Positions 38,490 to 47,641 are shown, counted from the stretch's first letter. The stretch: DNA of 64,000 nucleotides from Thermoproteota archaeon (GCA_037917685.1 JAVCBU010000003.1:96001-160000); one strand, 5' to 3'. Numbers and translations: made by a program. Notes: a model not told the origin generated them from the sequence alone.

Positions 38490-38801
38490 TGTGTCGTTAC
38501 CGAACTCGTTAAGGGATTAACATTAAAGGAAGCATGGACCAAGATAAGCTGGAAGCAAGTGTCAGACGAGCTAGGTGGACTTCCGCCTGTCAAAAGACAC
38601 TGTAGCGTGTTGGCCGTAGGCGCACTAAAGCGTGCCATCAGAAAGTATTATACTGAAATAAAAGGCTATAAACCCGAATGGCTTCCTTCAGATCTTACCC
38701 CAGACGAGAAACAGGCTCTAGAAGCGAAGGAGATGATAGACAGGTTGTATAGGAGGTTTAGGAATGGGAGCGAAAAAGATAGACTTGACAATACAGCCTG
38801 A
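38490..38801 (+). pseudogene. iscU: 5'-truncated iscU copy
   Basis: VTELVKGL..WTKISWKQVSDELGGLPPVKRHCS is near-identical to the C-terminal half of 31458..31994; the first two Cys motifs are missing. Confidence 0.9.
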
Positions 38802-38994
38802 GGGATGCGTAAATCCGCCAATTGTAAGGCTTACACGAGCTATTAAAGAGCTTAAACAGGGCGAAGAGATAGAAGTAATATACAAAGAAGACCTGATACC
38901 GCTAAAAACCCTTCAGCTCCTATCAAGAAAGTACAAGCTAATCCTAACCCAGATTTCACCTAATACATGTATTCTGAAGAGGGGGGATTCATGA
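38764..38994 (+). CDS. TusA/SirA-like sulfur-carrier protein, copy 2
   Basis: Paralog of 31957..32187 (58/76 identical by my count); EGCVNPP conserved. Confidence 0.7.
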   Translation: MGAKKIDLTIQPEGCVNPPIVRLTRAIKELKQGEEIEVIYKEDLIPLKTLQLLSRKYKLILTQISPNTCILKRGDS

Positions 38995-40214
38995 TAGACG
39001 TAGAAGCCGTTAGGAAAGACTTTCCAATACTTGAAAGAGAGATAAACGGTCAGAAAATAGTCTATTTCGATAATGCCGCATCCTCTCAGAAGCCGGTTCA
39101 AGTAGTGGAAAAGATGAGAGACTTCTACTATAACACGTACGCAAATGTGCATCGAGGTGTACATACACTCAGCCAGGAAGCATCCGAACAGTACGAAGAA
39201 GCCCACGCAATCATAGCATCACTTATAGGCGCCCGGAAGGATGAGATAGTCTTCACAATGGGGACAACAGACTCTTTAAATATGCTTGCCTACGGCCTTG
39301 AATCCACGTTGGCAGGAGGGGACGAGATAGTAACTACTGTTATGGAGCATCATAGTAACTATCTCCCATGGAAGTTTCTTGCAGAGCGGAAAAAGGCGAA
39401 ACTCAAGATTATAGATGTAGATGATGAGGGCAGACTAAACTATGCCCAGCTAGAAAACCTAATCTCGCCAAGGACGAAAATTGTTGCCGTATGTCATATG
39501 TCAAATGTAACTGGCTTCATTACTGATGTAGGAAAAATTGCTAGGATAGCCCATGAGACTGAAGCTTACGTCGTCGTTGACGGGGCACAGTCTGTTCCCC
39601 ATCTGCCTGTGAATGTTAAAGAGCTTGATATAGACTTCATGGCCTTCAGCGGCCACAAAATGCTGGGGCCTACGGGAATAGGCGTACTCTATGGAAAGAA
39701 AGATCTCCTCGAAGAACTAACTCCATACCGGTACGGTGGTGGAATGATAAGTAGGGTAACACTTTCAGAAGTCGAATTTCAAGATGTCCCATGGAGGCTT
39801 GAGGCTGGAACACCAAACATAGTTCAAGCAGTAGGCCTGGCGGAGGCGGTGAAATACCTCAAGAAGGTGGGAATGGAGAACATAGAGAGCCATGAGAAAC
39901 AGCTGGTTAAAAAGACCCTAACCCTAATTCAGGAGGAGCTTAAAGACAAGATAAAAATAGTTGGGCCTCAAAACCAGCTGGAACGTGGGGGCCTCGTGGC
40001 ATTTACAGTCAAAGGACTAGATCACCATACTGTAGCATCCCTACTAGACGCCTACGGTGTAATGGTTAGGAGCGGTAAACACTGCGCACATCCCCTTCAT
40101 GAAAGGCTGGGCCTAGAAGGAACCGTAAGGGCATCCTTCTACCTATATAACACGGAGCATGAAGTTGAAAGATTTATACAAGCATTAGCCGAAATAGTTG
40201 GTACAGTAGATTAG
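38991..40214 (+). CDS. sufS: SufS/CsdA class II cysteine desulfurase
   Basis: YFDNAASSQKP, EHHSN, DGAQ, SGHKM, EAGTP, RSGKHCA and VRASFYLYN motifs. Confidence 0.95.
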   Translation: MIDVEAVRKDFPILEREINGQKIVYFDNAASSQKPVQVVEKMRDFYYNTYANVHRGVHTLSQEASEQYEEAHAIIASLIGARKDEIVFTMGTTDSLNMLAYGLESTLAGGDEIVTTVMEHHSNYLPWKFLAERKKAKLKIIDVDDEGRLNYAQLENLISPRTKIVAVCHMSNVTGFITDVGKIARIAHETEAYVVVDGAQSVPHLPVNVKELDIDFMAFSGHKMLGPTGIGVLYGKKDLLEELTPYRYGGGMISRVTLSEVEFQDVPWRLEAGTPNIVQAVGLAEAVKYLKKVGMENIESHEKQLVKKTLTLIQEELKDKIKIVGPQNQLERGGLVAFTVKGLDHHTVASLLDAYGVMVRSGKHCAHPLHERLGLEGTVRASFYLYNTEHEVERFIQALAEIVGTVD

Positions 40215-40278
40215 ACCAACTCGCATGTTTTAAGCCCTACGATTAGTTTAATAACTCGTAAATCCATATAACCTACTG

Positions 40279-40337
40279 GGCCTGTGATGATATCTAGCAT
40301 CTGACACCGATGAAGTCTGAACCGCAAGCTGAGGCCT
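40279..40337 (+). ncRNA. Box C/D sRNA (paralog B)
   Basis: GGCC stem, GTGATGA, guide TATCTAGCAT, CTGA, C' CGATGA, guide AGTCTGAACCGCAAG identical to paralog A, CTGA, GGCC. Confidence 0.8.
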
Positions 40338-40434
40338 CCTCCGAAAGGTTGAAACATGTCAAATTACCTACTTTCAAGTTGATAGGCTATACTCTAGCCT
40401 AAACTTCCAGGCTACTTCCACCCCGATTGGTGAT

Positions 40435-40497
40435 TCACATTAATTCAACTGCTACAGCGTGTCCTCCACCACCGCCGTCGCAGATCGCTGCAAGGCC
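40435..40497 (-). pseudogene. Remnant of a thiolase 3' end (GLAAICDGGGGGHAVAVELM*)
   Basis: Aligns with GLATLCDGGGEGHAVAVELM* of 33799..34989; the downstream non-coding flank is also homologous. Confidence 0.9.
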
Positions 40498-40557
40498 ATG
40501 GTTCAATGTCTTGAGGATATATCCAGCTCAACCTTTTCTGGCTCTATTATGCTTAGT

Positions 40558-41673
40558 CTATACGTTTGGGGAGTTGATGTACACTGATATTTTTTCTGCG
40601 ATGCTCTTCCCTATAGATGGGATCTCTAATAGTCCTTTTAAGCCTTTTTCAGAGTATATTTCTTCTACAGGCTTGTCCAGATCGTCTAGCACCCATGCAG
40701 CTTTCCTGTAGGCCCATGCCCTACGCCTCTGTCCCTGGAGTTCAAGCTCGTACGCCTTAAGGTAAAAGTCTGCAGCTAATTTCCTGTTCAGTCTAAGCCT
40801 TTCGGGATATATTTTTTCAGGTCTCCTCAGCCTGTAGTCTACTCCGTGTTTTATGCATATCTCTTTAACCTTCCCTCCAATCTCAGCCTGGTAGCTGGGT
40901 GGAGGCTCATATCCGCCTGCGTAGAGTTCCATAGTCTTCCTGGCTGCATCGGGGTGCACCTTCCTAAGGACTGGCAGGTAAGCATTATACACGTTTCTGT
41001 CGAGGGTTAGGCATCCTGCAATCACGTATTTTCCTCCGGCACGCTTAACCTCCCTGACCACTTCCTCTATGTTTTCTTCATCATCATATACGTATGGGAG
41101 AATCGGTATCATGGCTACACCTACATTTATCCCCTCCTTTGAAAGCTGTCTTATGGCTTCAATCCTCTCCCATGGGCCTGGAGTATTGGGTTCGAACACT
41201 GTGAGGTCATCTCGTAGGGTTATGAGGCTGAACGAAACCGCAAGCCATGAGCTCCTCGAAATCTCTCTTAGAAGCTCTATGTCCTCGAGTAGCATGGTCG
41301 ACTTCTCGTTCATATGTAGCGGAAAACCTTTATCGAAGCAGACCTCAAGCATCCTTCTAAGTAGCCTATATTTCTTTTCGGCTGGCTGGTAGAAGCCTAA
41401 ACCCAGAATGTCAACCTCAACCTTGTCAAGCCCTTTCCTCAACAGTTCAGGTGCGTTAGTCTTAACCTTTATTATCCTCTTGAAATCTTCGGGGTTCTCG
41501 TATGGCGTGTACTTTTTCGACCTAAGGTAGCAGTAGTTGCAGCCATATTCGCATCCCATGTAGGGGTTGGCACTATACCTGTTCCAGAACCACCCTCCAT
41601 CGCAATGCTTATACACATTTAATATTCTTCTAGGCCTATACTCGACGTAGATGGTCACGCTACTCCTCTCCAA
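40558..41673 (-). CDS. SplB/Rv2578c-like radical SAM protein fused to a C-terminal PolX-type 8-kDa HhH domain
   Basis: NPYMGCEYGCNYCY, YQPAE, FEP.TP; C-terminal RAWAYRKAA..L.EIPSIGKSIAEKI. Confidence 0.85.
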   Translation of the reverse strand: MERSSVTIYVEYRPRRILNVYKHCDGGWFWNRYSANPYMGCEYGCNYCYLRSKKYTPYENPEDFKRIIKVKTNAPELLRKGLDKVEVDILGLGFYQPAEKKYRLLRRMLEVCFDKGFPLHMNEKSTMLLEDIELLREISRSSWLAVSFSLITLRDDLTVFEPNTPGPWERIEAIRQLSKEGINVGVAMIPILPYVYDDEENIEEVVREVKRAGGKYVIAGCLTLDRNVYNAYLPVLRKVHPDAARKTMELYAGGYEPPPSYQAEIGGKVKEICIKHGVDYRLRRPEKIYPERLRLNRKLAADFYLKAYELELQGQRRRAWAYRKAAWVLDDLDKPVEEIYSEKGLKGLLEIPSIGKSIAEKISVYINSPNV

Positions 41674-41754
41674 CCTCTCTTAAAGCCATTGCACTCTCTG
41701 TAAGCCATTGCACTGCTGGCCATGGCTTACAGGAGAGGGAGACTCTAACCTCCC

Positions 41755-42957
41755 CTATTTTTGTCCGAGGGATTCTTTCAGCTGCTGGGTTAGTAGTGGT
41801 ACTATCTGGAAAAGGTCTCCTACTATACCGAAGTCTGCAACGTCGAATATTGGTGCTTCAGGGTCTTTATTTATGGCTATGATTGTTTCGGATGTTTGCA
41901 TGCCTACGAGGTGCTGTATTGCTCCTGATATCCCTACTGCTATGTAAAGCTTTGGTGCTACAGTTTTCCCTGTCTGGCCTACCTGCTGGTGGTGTGGAAG
42001 CCATCCAAGATCCACTATCGCCCTTGAACCTCCGACAGCGGCGTGTAGGACGTCTGCGAGTTCTCTTATGATGCTTAGGTTCTCCTTGGATCCTATCCCC
42101 CTCCCTGCTGAGACTATTATGTCAGCCTCCTCTATGTTGGCTGCTGACTCTTGCACCTCTCTGACCACCTCTACTATTCTCGTTCTTATACTGTCGGGGG
42201 CTAGCTTAACTGGGTGGTCTATTATCTCGGCGGTTCGGCCGGGCTCTGGCATGGGCATCTTCATTACTCTTGGCCTTACAGTGGCCATCTGAGGCCTTGT
42301 CCGTGGGCAGAGTATCGTTGCCATGACATTCCCGCCGAAAGCCGGCCTGATCTGGACTAGCTGTCCCGCCTCGTTTACGTCTAGGCCTGTGCAGTCGGCT
42401 GTAAGCCCTGTTTTAAGCCTTGCCGCAACTCTTGGGGCTAGATCCCTACCGTTCATTGTTGCACCCAGCAACACTATTGAGGGTTTATAGTTGGATATCA
42501 TGTCGTAGAGTACCGCTGCATACCCATCTGTAGTGTACTTTTCGAGAAGTTTGTGGTCTGCTACTAAAATCTTGTCTGCACCGTACTCTGCAAGCGTGTC
42601 AGCAAGGTCTCTAACCTTGTACCCTAATAGTACGGCGTAAAGCTCCTCCCCTAGCTTTTCTGCAAGCCTCCTGCCGGCACCTAGCAGCTCGAGTGTAACA
42701 TTCCTTATTTTCCCATCCATTTGTTCAGCTACAACCCAAACCCCTTTATACTGTGATAGGTCAACTGGTCTGAGCTCACCACGGCTTATGCTGATAGCTC
42801 CGACCGGGCAGGCCTTGACGCATGACCCGCAGAGAGTGCATTCGGGGCCTATATTGGCCTTCCCGTCTACAATGCTTACGGCGCCGAACGGGCATACTCT
42901 AACGCACAATCCGCATCCGGTACACTTCTCAGCGTCAACGCTGATTAGGCTGCTCAT
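41755..42957 (-). CDS. etfA: Electron transfer flavoprotein alpha subunit with an N-terminal 2x[4Fe-4S] ferredoxin
   Basis: Two CxxCxxCxxxCP motifs; GLTADC, RPAFGG, QVGQTG and GISGAIQH. Confidence 0.95.
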   Translation of the reverse strand: MSSLISVDAEKCTGCGLCVRVCPFGAVSIVDGKANIGPECTLCGSCVKACPVGAISISRGELRPVDLSQYKGVWVVAEQMDGKIRNVTLELLGAGRRLAEKLGEELYAVLLGYKVRDLADTLAEYGADKILVADHKLLEKYTTDGYAAVLYDMISNYKPSIVLLGATMNGRDLAPRVAARLKTGLTADCTGLDVNEAGQLVQIRPAFGGNVMATILCPRTRPQMATVRPRVMKMPMPEPGRTAEIIDHPVKLAPDSIRTRIVEVVREVQESAANIEEADIIVSAGRGIGSKENLSIIRELADVLHAAVGGSRAIVDLGWLPHHQQVGQTGKTVAPKLYIAVGISGAIQHLVGMQTSETIIAINKDPEAPIFDVADFGIVGDLFQIVPLLTQQLKESLGQK

Positions 42958-43751
42958 CCAACCACCCCCTTGCTCAGTATGAACTCAGCGAGTTTCCTGG
43001 CTACCGTCTCGGGGTCTTCATCCTTAATGATTATCCCCTGCCTCTTCTTCTCAGGTGTGAAAACGTCTATCACCCAGGTGGGGGATCCTCGGAGGCCATA
43101 GGATTCCTCACTTCCTCCGACGTCCTTGAAGGTTACAAGCTTTATTTCCTTCTTCCTTGCAGCCATTATACCCATTAGTGATGGTATCCTCGGTTCGTTT
43201 AGCCCTTTGATCGCTGTTATCAGGACTGGGAGTTCCGCCTCTACGACCTCGTAGCCGGTATCTGTCTCCCTATGAACCACTATTCTCCTTTCTTTAGGGT
43301 AGACCATGACTTTCTTTGCATAGGTTATCTGGGGTATTCCCAGGTGCTCTGCAAGCTCAGGGCCAACCTGGGCTGTGTCACCGTCAGTTGCCTGCTTCCC
43401 ACATATAATTAGGTCATAGTCGAGCTTGGATATAACCTTGGCGAGGGTATAAGAGGTGACATAGGTGTCTGCCCCCGCGAAAACTCTATCTGAAATGTGT
43501 ATTGCACGGTCTGCCCCCATTGCAAGGCACTTTAGAAGGGCTTCCCTAGCCTGTGGCGGCCCCATTGTTACAACGATCACCTCCCCGCCGTGTTTCTCCT
43601 TTATTCTTATAGCCTCCTCAACAGCTATTTCATCGAATGGGTTTACAATGTTCGGTATCCCCTCTCTTATAAGCGTGTGAGTTTCAGGGTCTATCTTAAC
43701 CTCTGTGGTCTCCGGTACCTGTTTAATGCATACAACAATCTTTAGGCTCAA
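42954..43751 (-). CDS. etfB: Electron transfer flavoprotein beta subunit
   Basis: VCIKQVP, NPFD, FAGADT, GKQATDGDTAQVG and GSPT motifs. Confidence 0.95.
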   Translation of the reverse strand: MSLKIVVCIKQVPETTEVKIDPETHTLIREGIPNIVNPFDEIAVEEAIRIKEKHGGEVIVVTMGPPQAREALLKCLAMGADRAIHISDRVFAGADTYVTSYTLAKVISKLDYDLIICGKQATDGDTAQVGPELAEHLGIPQITYAKKVMVYPKERRIVVHRETDTGYEVVEAELPVLITAIKGLNEPRIPSLMGIMAARKKEIKLVTFKDVGGSEESYGLRGSPTWVIDVFTPEKKRQGIIIKDEDPETVARKLAEFILSKGVVG

Positions 43752-43792
43752 CCGGTATTCACCCTCTGTGCAGACACTATGTATGTGATGCT

Positions 43793-44833
43793 GTGGAAAA
43801 TTACAAATATTTAACTTTTCATTTCCGGAATAGACTGATGCAGGAATGGTACTACTTGCCAGAGGATAAGCTTCCCGTCTTGTTTGATGTGCTTAGGGGA
43901 AAATATACTGTGGTTGCACCGATTAAAAATGGTGATAAGTATCTTTATTCGGTTGTCGACGACTTTCATAGTGTTTCGATGGACTATGTGAGGACTGTGT
44001 CGCCTCTTAAGAAATTTCTATTTCCCGACGGGGAGATACTTTACAGCTACAGGATTAGAGAGGAAAAGGTAGAGCTGAAGTATTCCCCTCCGTCAGAGAA
44101 ATACTGTTTCTTCGGGGTTCACCCATGCGACTCCAATGGTTTAGTAGTGCTTGACACCATATTGTCCTCCGTCCATCCAGATTTTCACTATACAAAGAGG
44201 AGGAAGAACTCTTTCCTCGTTGTGTTAGACTGTAGAACGTCAGACGAATACTGCTTCTGCGAAACGGTAGACTCTAGGTTTCCATGGCCGGAAAGCTATG
44301 ATATTCGCCTACACCCGGTCGAGGGTGGCTTTAAACTTCAACCTTACGGGGAGGAAGCCGCTAGACTTACACGTATGCTAGGGCTTGAGAAAACAGCGCC
44401 TCCCTCGGCTGCTGTGAAGATAAATAAGGTTAAGGCTGATCTTCCAACGCCTGAAAAAATTCTTGGAGCATACGAGAGCGATATCTGGAATGAATGGGCT
44501 AAAAAATGCCTCTTCTGCGGGTCCTGTATAGCCGTCTGCCCGACTTGCGCGTGCTTTGACATTAAGGACAAGACAGATGGTAGATTAACCTTTGGCTGTA
44601 GGGTTAGGGTCTACGACGGCTGTGTCTTTAAGGGTTTCACGAAGGTTGCGGGAGGCCGTGTGGATAGGGAATCTGAGGACGAACGGTTTAAGAACAGGTT
44701 TTACCACAAGTTCGTTGAGATTCCTTCTCTTAAAGGGAGGATGGGATGTACTGGATGCGGTAGATGTGCAGCTTTCTGCCCTAGGGGCATAAATCCGGTA
44801 GAAGTCTTAACATCCTTAAAAGGTGAACTGTAA
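43793..44833 (+). CDS. hydB: Group 3b hydrogenase/sulfhydrogenase beta subunit (start probably 43837)
   Basis: GVHPCD, CFC, CLFCGSC..CPTC.CF, RFYHKF and CTGCGRC..CP motifs. Confidence 0.9.
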   Translation: MENYKYLTFHFRNRLMQEWYYLPEDKLPVLFDVLRGKYTVVAPIKNGDKYLYSVVDDFHSVSMDYVRTVSPLKKFLFPDGEILYSYRIREEKVELKYSPPSEKYCFFGVHPCDSNGLVVLDTILSSVHPDFHYTKRRKNSFLVVLDCRTSDEYCFCETVDSRFPWPESYDIRLHPVEGGFKLQPYGEEAARLTRMLGLEKTAPPSAAVKINKVKADLPTPEKILGAYESDIWNEWAKKCLFCGSCIAVCPTCACFDIKDKTDGRLTFGCRVRVYDGCVFKGFTKVAGGRVDRESEDERFKNRFYHKFVEIPSLKGRMGCTGCGRCAAFCPRGINPVEVLTSLKGEL

Positions 44834-45645
44834 TGCTGGAAGCCCCCCTGCTAGTCCCGAGACTTGGTGAGATTACTAAAATAGTGGAAGAGTCGTACGA
44901 TACTAAAACCTTCAGGATTAAGCCTGCAGACTGGGAAGTAGAGTTTAATCCTGGGCAGTTTGCGGAAATAACAGTTTTCGGAGTTGGAGAAGCACCATTT
45001 GCGCTATCCTCAGATCCCGATGTCAAAGAATACTTTGAGGTCTCGGTGAGAGCCGTGGGAAGCGTGACCAACATGCTCCACAAGCTCAAGACAGGAAGCC
45101 TAGTTGGATTTAGAGCCCCGCTAGGTGTTGGCTGGCCGCTGGAGGAACTTGAAGGGCAAAGCATAACGATGGTCGTTGGTGGCACAGGCATATTCGCGGT
45201 TTCCAGTCTGATATGGCACATATACCATCAAAGGGGTAGATTTGGCGATGTAAAAATACTCTACGGCGCTAGAAGCCCGGATCTGCTCTTAAAGAAGAAA
45301 GAATTTGAATTCTGGTTGCAGAAAATTGAGGTTCACCTTACAGTTGACAAACCCTCTGAGGGGTGGACTGGAAACGTTGGTGTAGTAACAAATCTAATCG
45401 ATAAAATTAAACCGAACCCTGAAAGTTACTTCCTGGTTGTTGGGCCACCAATAATGATGAAATTCACACTCCTAAAACTCGACGAGATAGGAGCTAAACC
45501 CGACAGAGTCTACGTCTCACTTGAACGGAACATGAAGTGCGGGCTAGGCCTATGCGGGAGGTGTAGACTCTCAAATGGGCTCTACGTATGTAAAGACGGC
45601 CCAATCTTCAGATCAGATAAGATATGGAGGTGCGATCTAGAATGA
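44833..45645 (+). CDS. hydG: Group 3b hydrogenase gamma subunit (FAD/NAD(P), [2Fe-2S])
   Basis: PGQF, GEAP, GGTG, GPPIMM and SLERNMKCGLGLCGRC..VCKDGP motifs. Confidence 0.92.
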   Translation: MLEAPLLVPRLGEITKIVEESYDTKTFRIKPADWEVEFNPGQFAEITVFGVGEAPFALSSDPDVKEYFEVSVRAVGSVTNMLHKLKTGSLVGFRAPLGVGWPLEELEGQSITMVVGGTGIFAVSSLIWHIYHQRGRFGDVKILYGARSPDLLLKKKEFEFWLQKIEVHLTVDKPSEGWTGNVGVVTNLIDKIKPNPESYFLVVGPPIMMKFTLLKLDEIGAKPDRVYVSLERNMKCGLGLCGRCRLSNGLYVCKDGPIFRSDKIWRCDLE

Positions 45646-46403
45646 TAGATGAACATCCTCACCTGGTTCCAAAGAAGGTTAAGATTGCACTCTACACCCT
45701 AACATGTTGTGAGGGATGCGCGCTAAACACCGCAATAGCGCTGGCATGCCTATCATCACCCTATATTAAAGTAGAGACATTTAGACTGGTAGATGGGGGC
45801 GAACCAGCAGAGGCAGATATTGCACTTGTTGAAGGCGCTGTCGTAACACTGATGGATAAAGAACTACTGAGGCAAGCTGAGAGTATGAGTAAGGTGATGG
45901 TAGCTCTAGGGTCATGTAGTCATAATGCTGGTCTTCTAGCCTTAAAGAACATGTTTGACCATGAAAAAGCCTTCGAGACAGTTTACGGAGAAACAAGGCC
46001 AGCTATCCCCCACCTTTCAAAGGCGTCCTCTATAACAAGCATGGCAAGGGTTGACTACACTATTCCAGGATGTCCGCCCTCCACCGAGGAAATCGTGAAC
46101 TATTTAACCGCAGTAATAGTTGGAAAGAGGCTAGAAGAGTACGAAAAACCGGTGTGCTGGGAGTGCAGGCTTAAAGACTCCGATTGCCTGTTGAAAAACG
46201 GTATACTATGCCTCGGCCCCATAGTTAAGGGTGGGTGTAATGCAAGGTGCCCAGAATACGGGAAGCCCTGCCTTGGATGTCGGGGCCTAGTAAAAGATGC
46301 AAAGATGGAGGAATTCATAGAATCCCTTAGAGAAAACAACATCCCCCTGGAGAAGCTCAAAGAAGCTACTAAGCTATACCTGAGTGCGGAGGTGAGCTTG
46401 TAA
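45624..46403 (+). CDS. hydD: Group 3b hydrogenase small (delta) subunit
   Basis: CCEGC, VEGAV, GSC, PGCPP and C..C..C..CLGP..GC.ARCP..C.GCRG motifs. Confidence 0.92.
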   Translation: MEVRSRMIDEHPHLVPKKVKIALYTLTCCEGCALNTAIALACLSSPYIKVETFRLVDGGEPAEADIALVEGAVVTLMDKELLRQAESMSKVMVALGSCSHNAGLLALKNMFDHEKAFETVYGETRPAIPHLSKASSITSMARVDYTIPGCPPSTEEIVNYLTAVIVGKRLEEYEKPVCWECRLKDSDCLLKNGILCLGPIVKGGCNARCPEYGKPCLGCRGLVKDAKMEEFIESLRENNIPLEKLKEATKLYLSAEVSL

Positions 46404-47641
46404 TGATCCCAGTTGAAGGCCTTGACAGGATTGAAGGCCACGCTCACATCAAGATTTTAGAAAACCCCGAAACCGGGGTGGAAGAGTGCAGAATAATAGT
46501 AGACGAGGGGATAAGATTTTTCGAAGCGTTTCTAACCGAAGTACCGTTGAAAGAGGCTCCAGCAATAGCTTCAAGGATATGTGGGCTGTGCAGTGCATCA
46601 TACTCTATCTGCCTATCCAAGGCAATAGAGAATGCCCTGGGCTACAATGTAGACTATGAAACCGAAAGCTACAGAGAAGCTGTACAGGTGATAAGCACGG
46701 CTAGAAGTCACATAGCCCACGTCTTCCTATTATGGCTTCCCGACATCCTCGGGGTGAAAGGCGCATTCGACATAGCTGAAATATCTCCTGAGGCCTTCAA
46801 GGCTGCGGCCAATCTCATAGTAGAGATGACCAAGGCACATGAGCGCCTTACCGGCGGAGAAATACACCCTGTCAACATGACGTTAGGTGGGTTCACAAAG
46901 CTTCCAAGAGAAAACGTTGACAAAGCAGCAAAAAACCTGGAGAACAGCGTTAAACAAGCAGAAATCCTGTTTGAAAAACTTCTAAACCTTGTAGACAAGA
47001 TCCCCAACCTTGAAGTTCAACTCCCATATGTATCCATAGGGAACGAGGAAAACTACTCCCTAATAAATGGCCCCATAAAAATAGACGGTGTAAAAGCAGG
47101 AAAACCACCCAGAGAACTAATAGTAGAACATGCAGTATCATACTCGACAGCCAAAAGATGCACCATCAACGGCAAAGCCTACATGGTTGGGGCACTCTCA
47201 AGGCTAAACAATAATCCAAACTCCATCTCGCCAGAGGCAAAGAGCCATGCGGAAAAGCTAGGCATAAAAGATGGGGATAGAAACCCATTTAAAATACCTC
47301 TAGCCCAAACCGTAGAAACAGTATATATTCTGCAACATGCCATGACAATAATAGAGAAGGTGAAACCGCCAAAGCAGCTTGTAGAACCAGAGCCGAAGGC
47401 TGGAGAGGGAGATGCAACCATAGAGGCGCCTAGGGGAATCCTACACATAAACCTCTCAATTGCTGAGAATGGAAGGATAAAAGAGATAAACATAATACCC
47501 CCTACAACCCAAAACCTTCTACACATGGAATATTCAGCTACAAAATTCCTGGCAGAACATCCCGACATGCCTCAGAGGAGGAAAATGGTTGAAGTACTCG
47601 TGAGAAGTTACGACCCTTGCATCTCATGCTCTGTACAGTAA
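46403..47641 (+). CDS. hydA: Group 3b [NiFe]-hydrogenase large (alpha) subunit
   Basis: RIEGH, RICGLC, EAPRG, PTTQN and DPCISC motifs; ends SVQ-stop. Confidence 0.92.
   Translation: MIPVEGLDRIEGHAHIKILENPETGVEECRIIVDEGIRFFEAFLTEVPLKEAPAIASRICGLCSASYSICLSKAIENALGYNVDYETESYREAVQVISTARSHIAHVFLLWLPDILGVKGAFDIAEISPEAFKAAANLIVEMTKAHERLTGGEIHPVNMTLGGFTKLPRENVDKAAKNLENSVKQAEILFEKLLNLVDKIPNLEVQLPYVSIGNEENYSLINGPIKIDGVKAGKPPRELIVEHAVSYSTAKRCTINGKAYMVGALSRLNNNPNSISPEAKSHAEKLGIKDGDRNPFKIPLAQTVETVYILQHAMTIIEKVKPPKQLVEPEPKAGEGDATIEAPRGILHINLSIAENGRIKEINIIPPTTQNLLHMEYSATKFLAEHPDMPQRRKMVEVLVRSYDPCISCSVQ

Noticed and set aside
40427-40711. 94-aa plus-strand ORF with a poly-Pro stretch
   Set aside because: It is the antisense of the thiolase remnant (poly-Gly codons) and of the radical SAM 3' end
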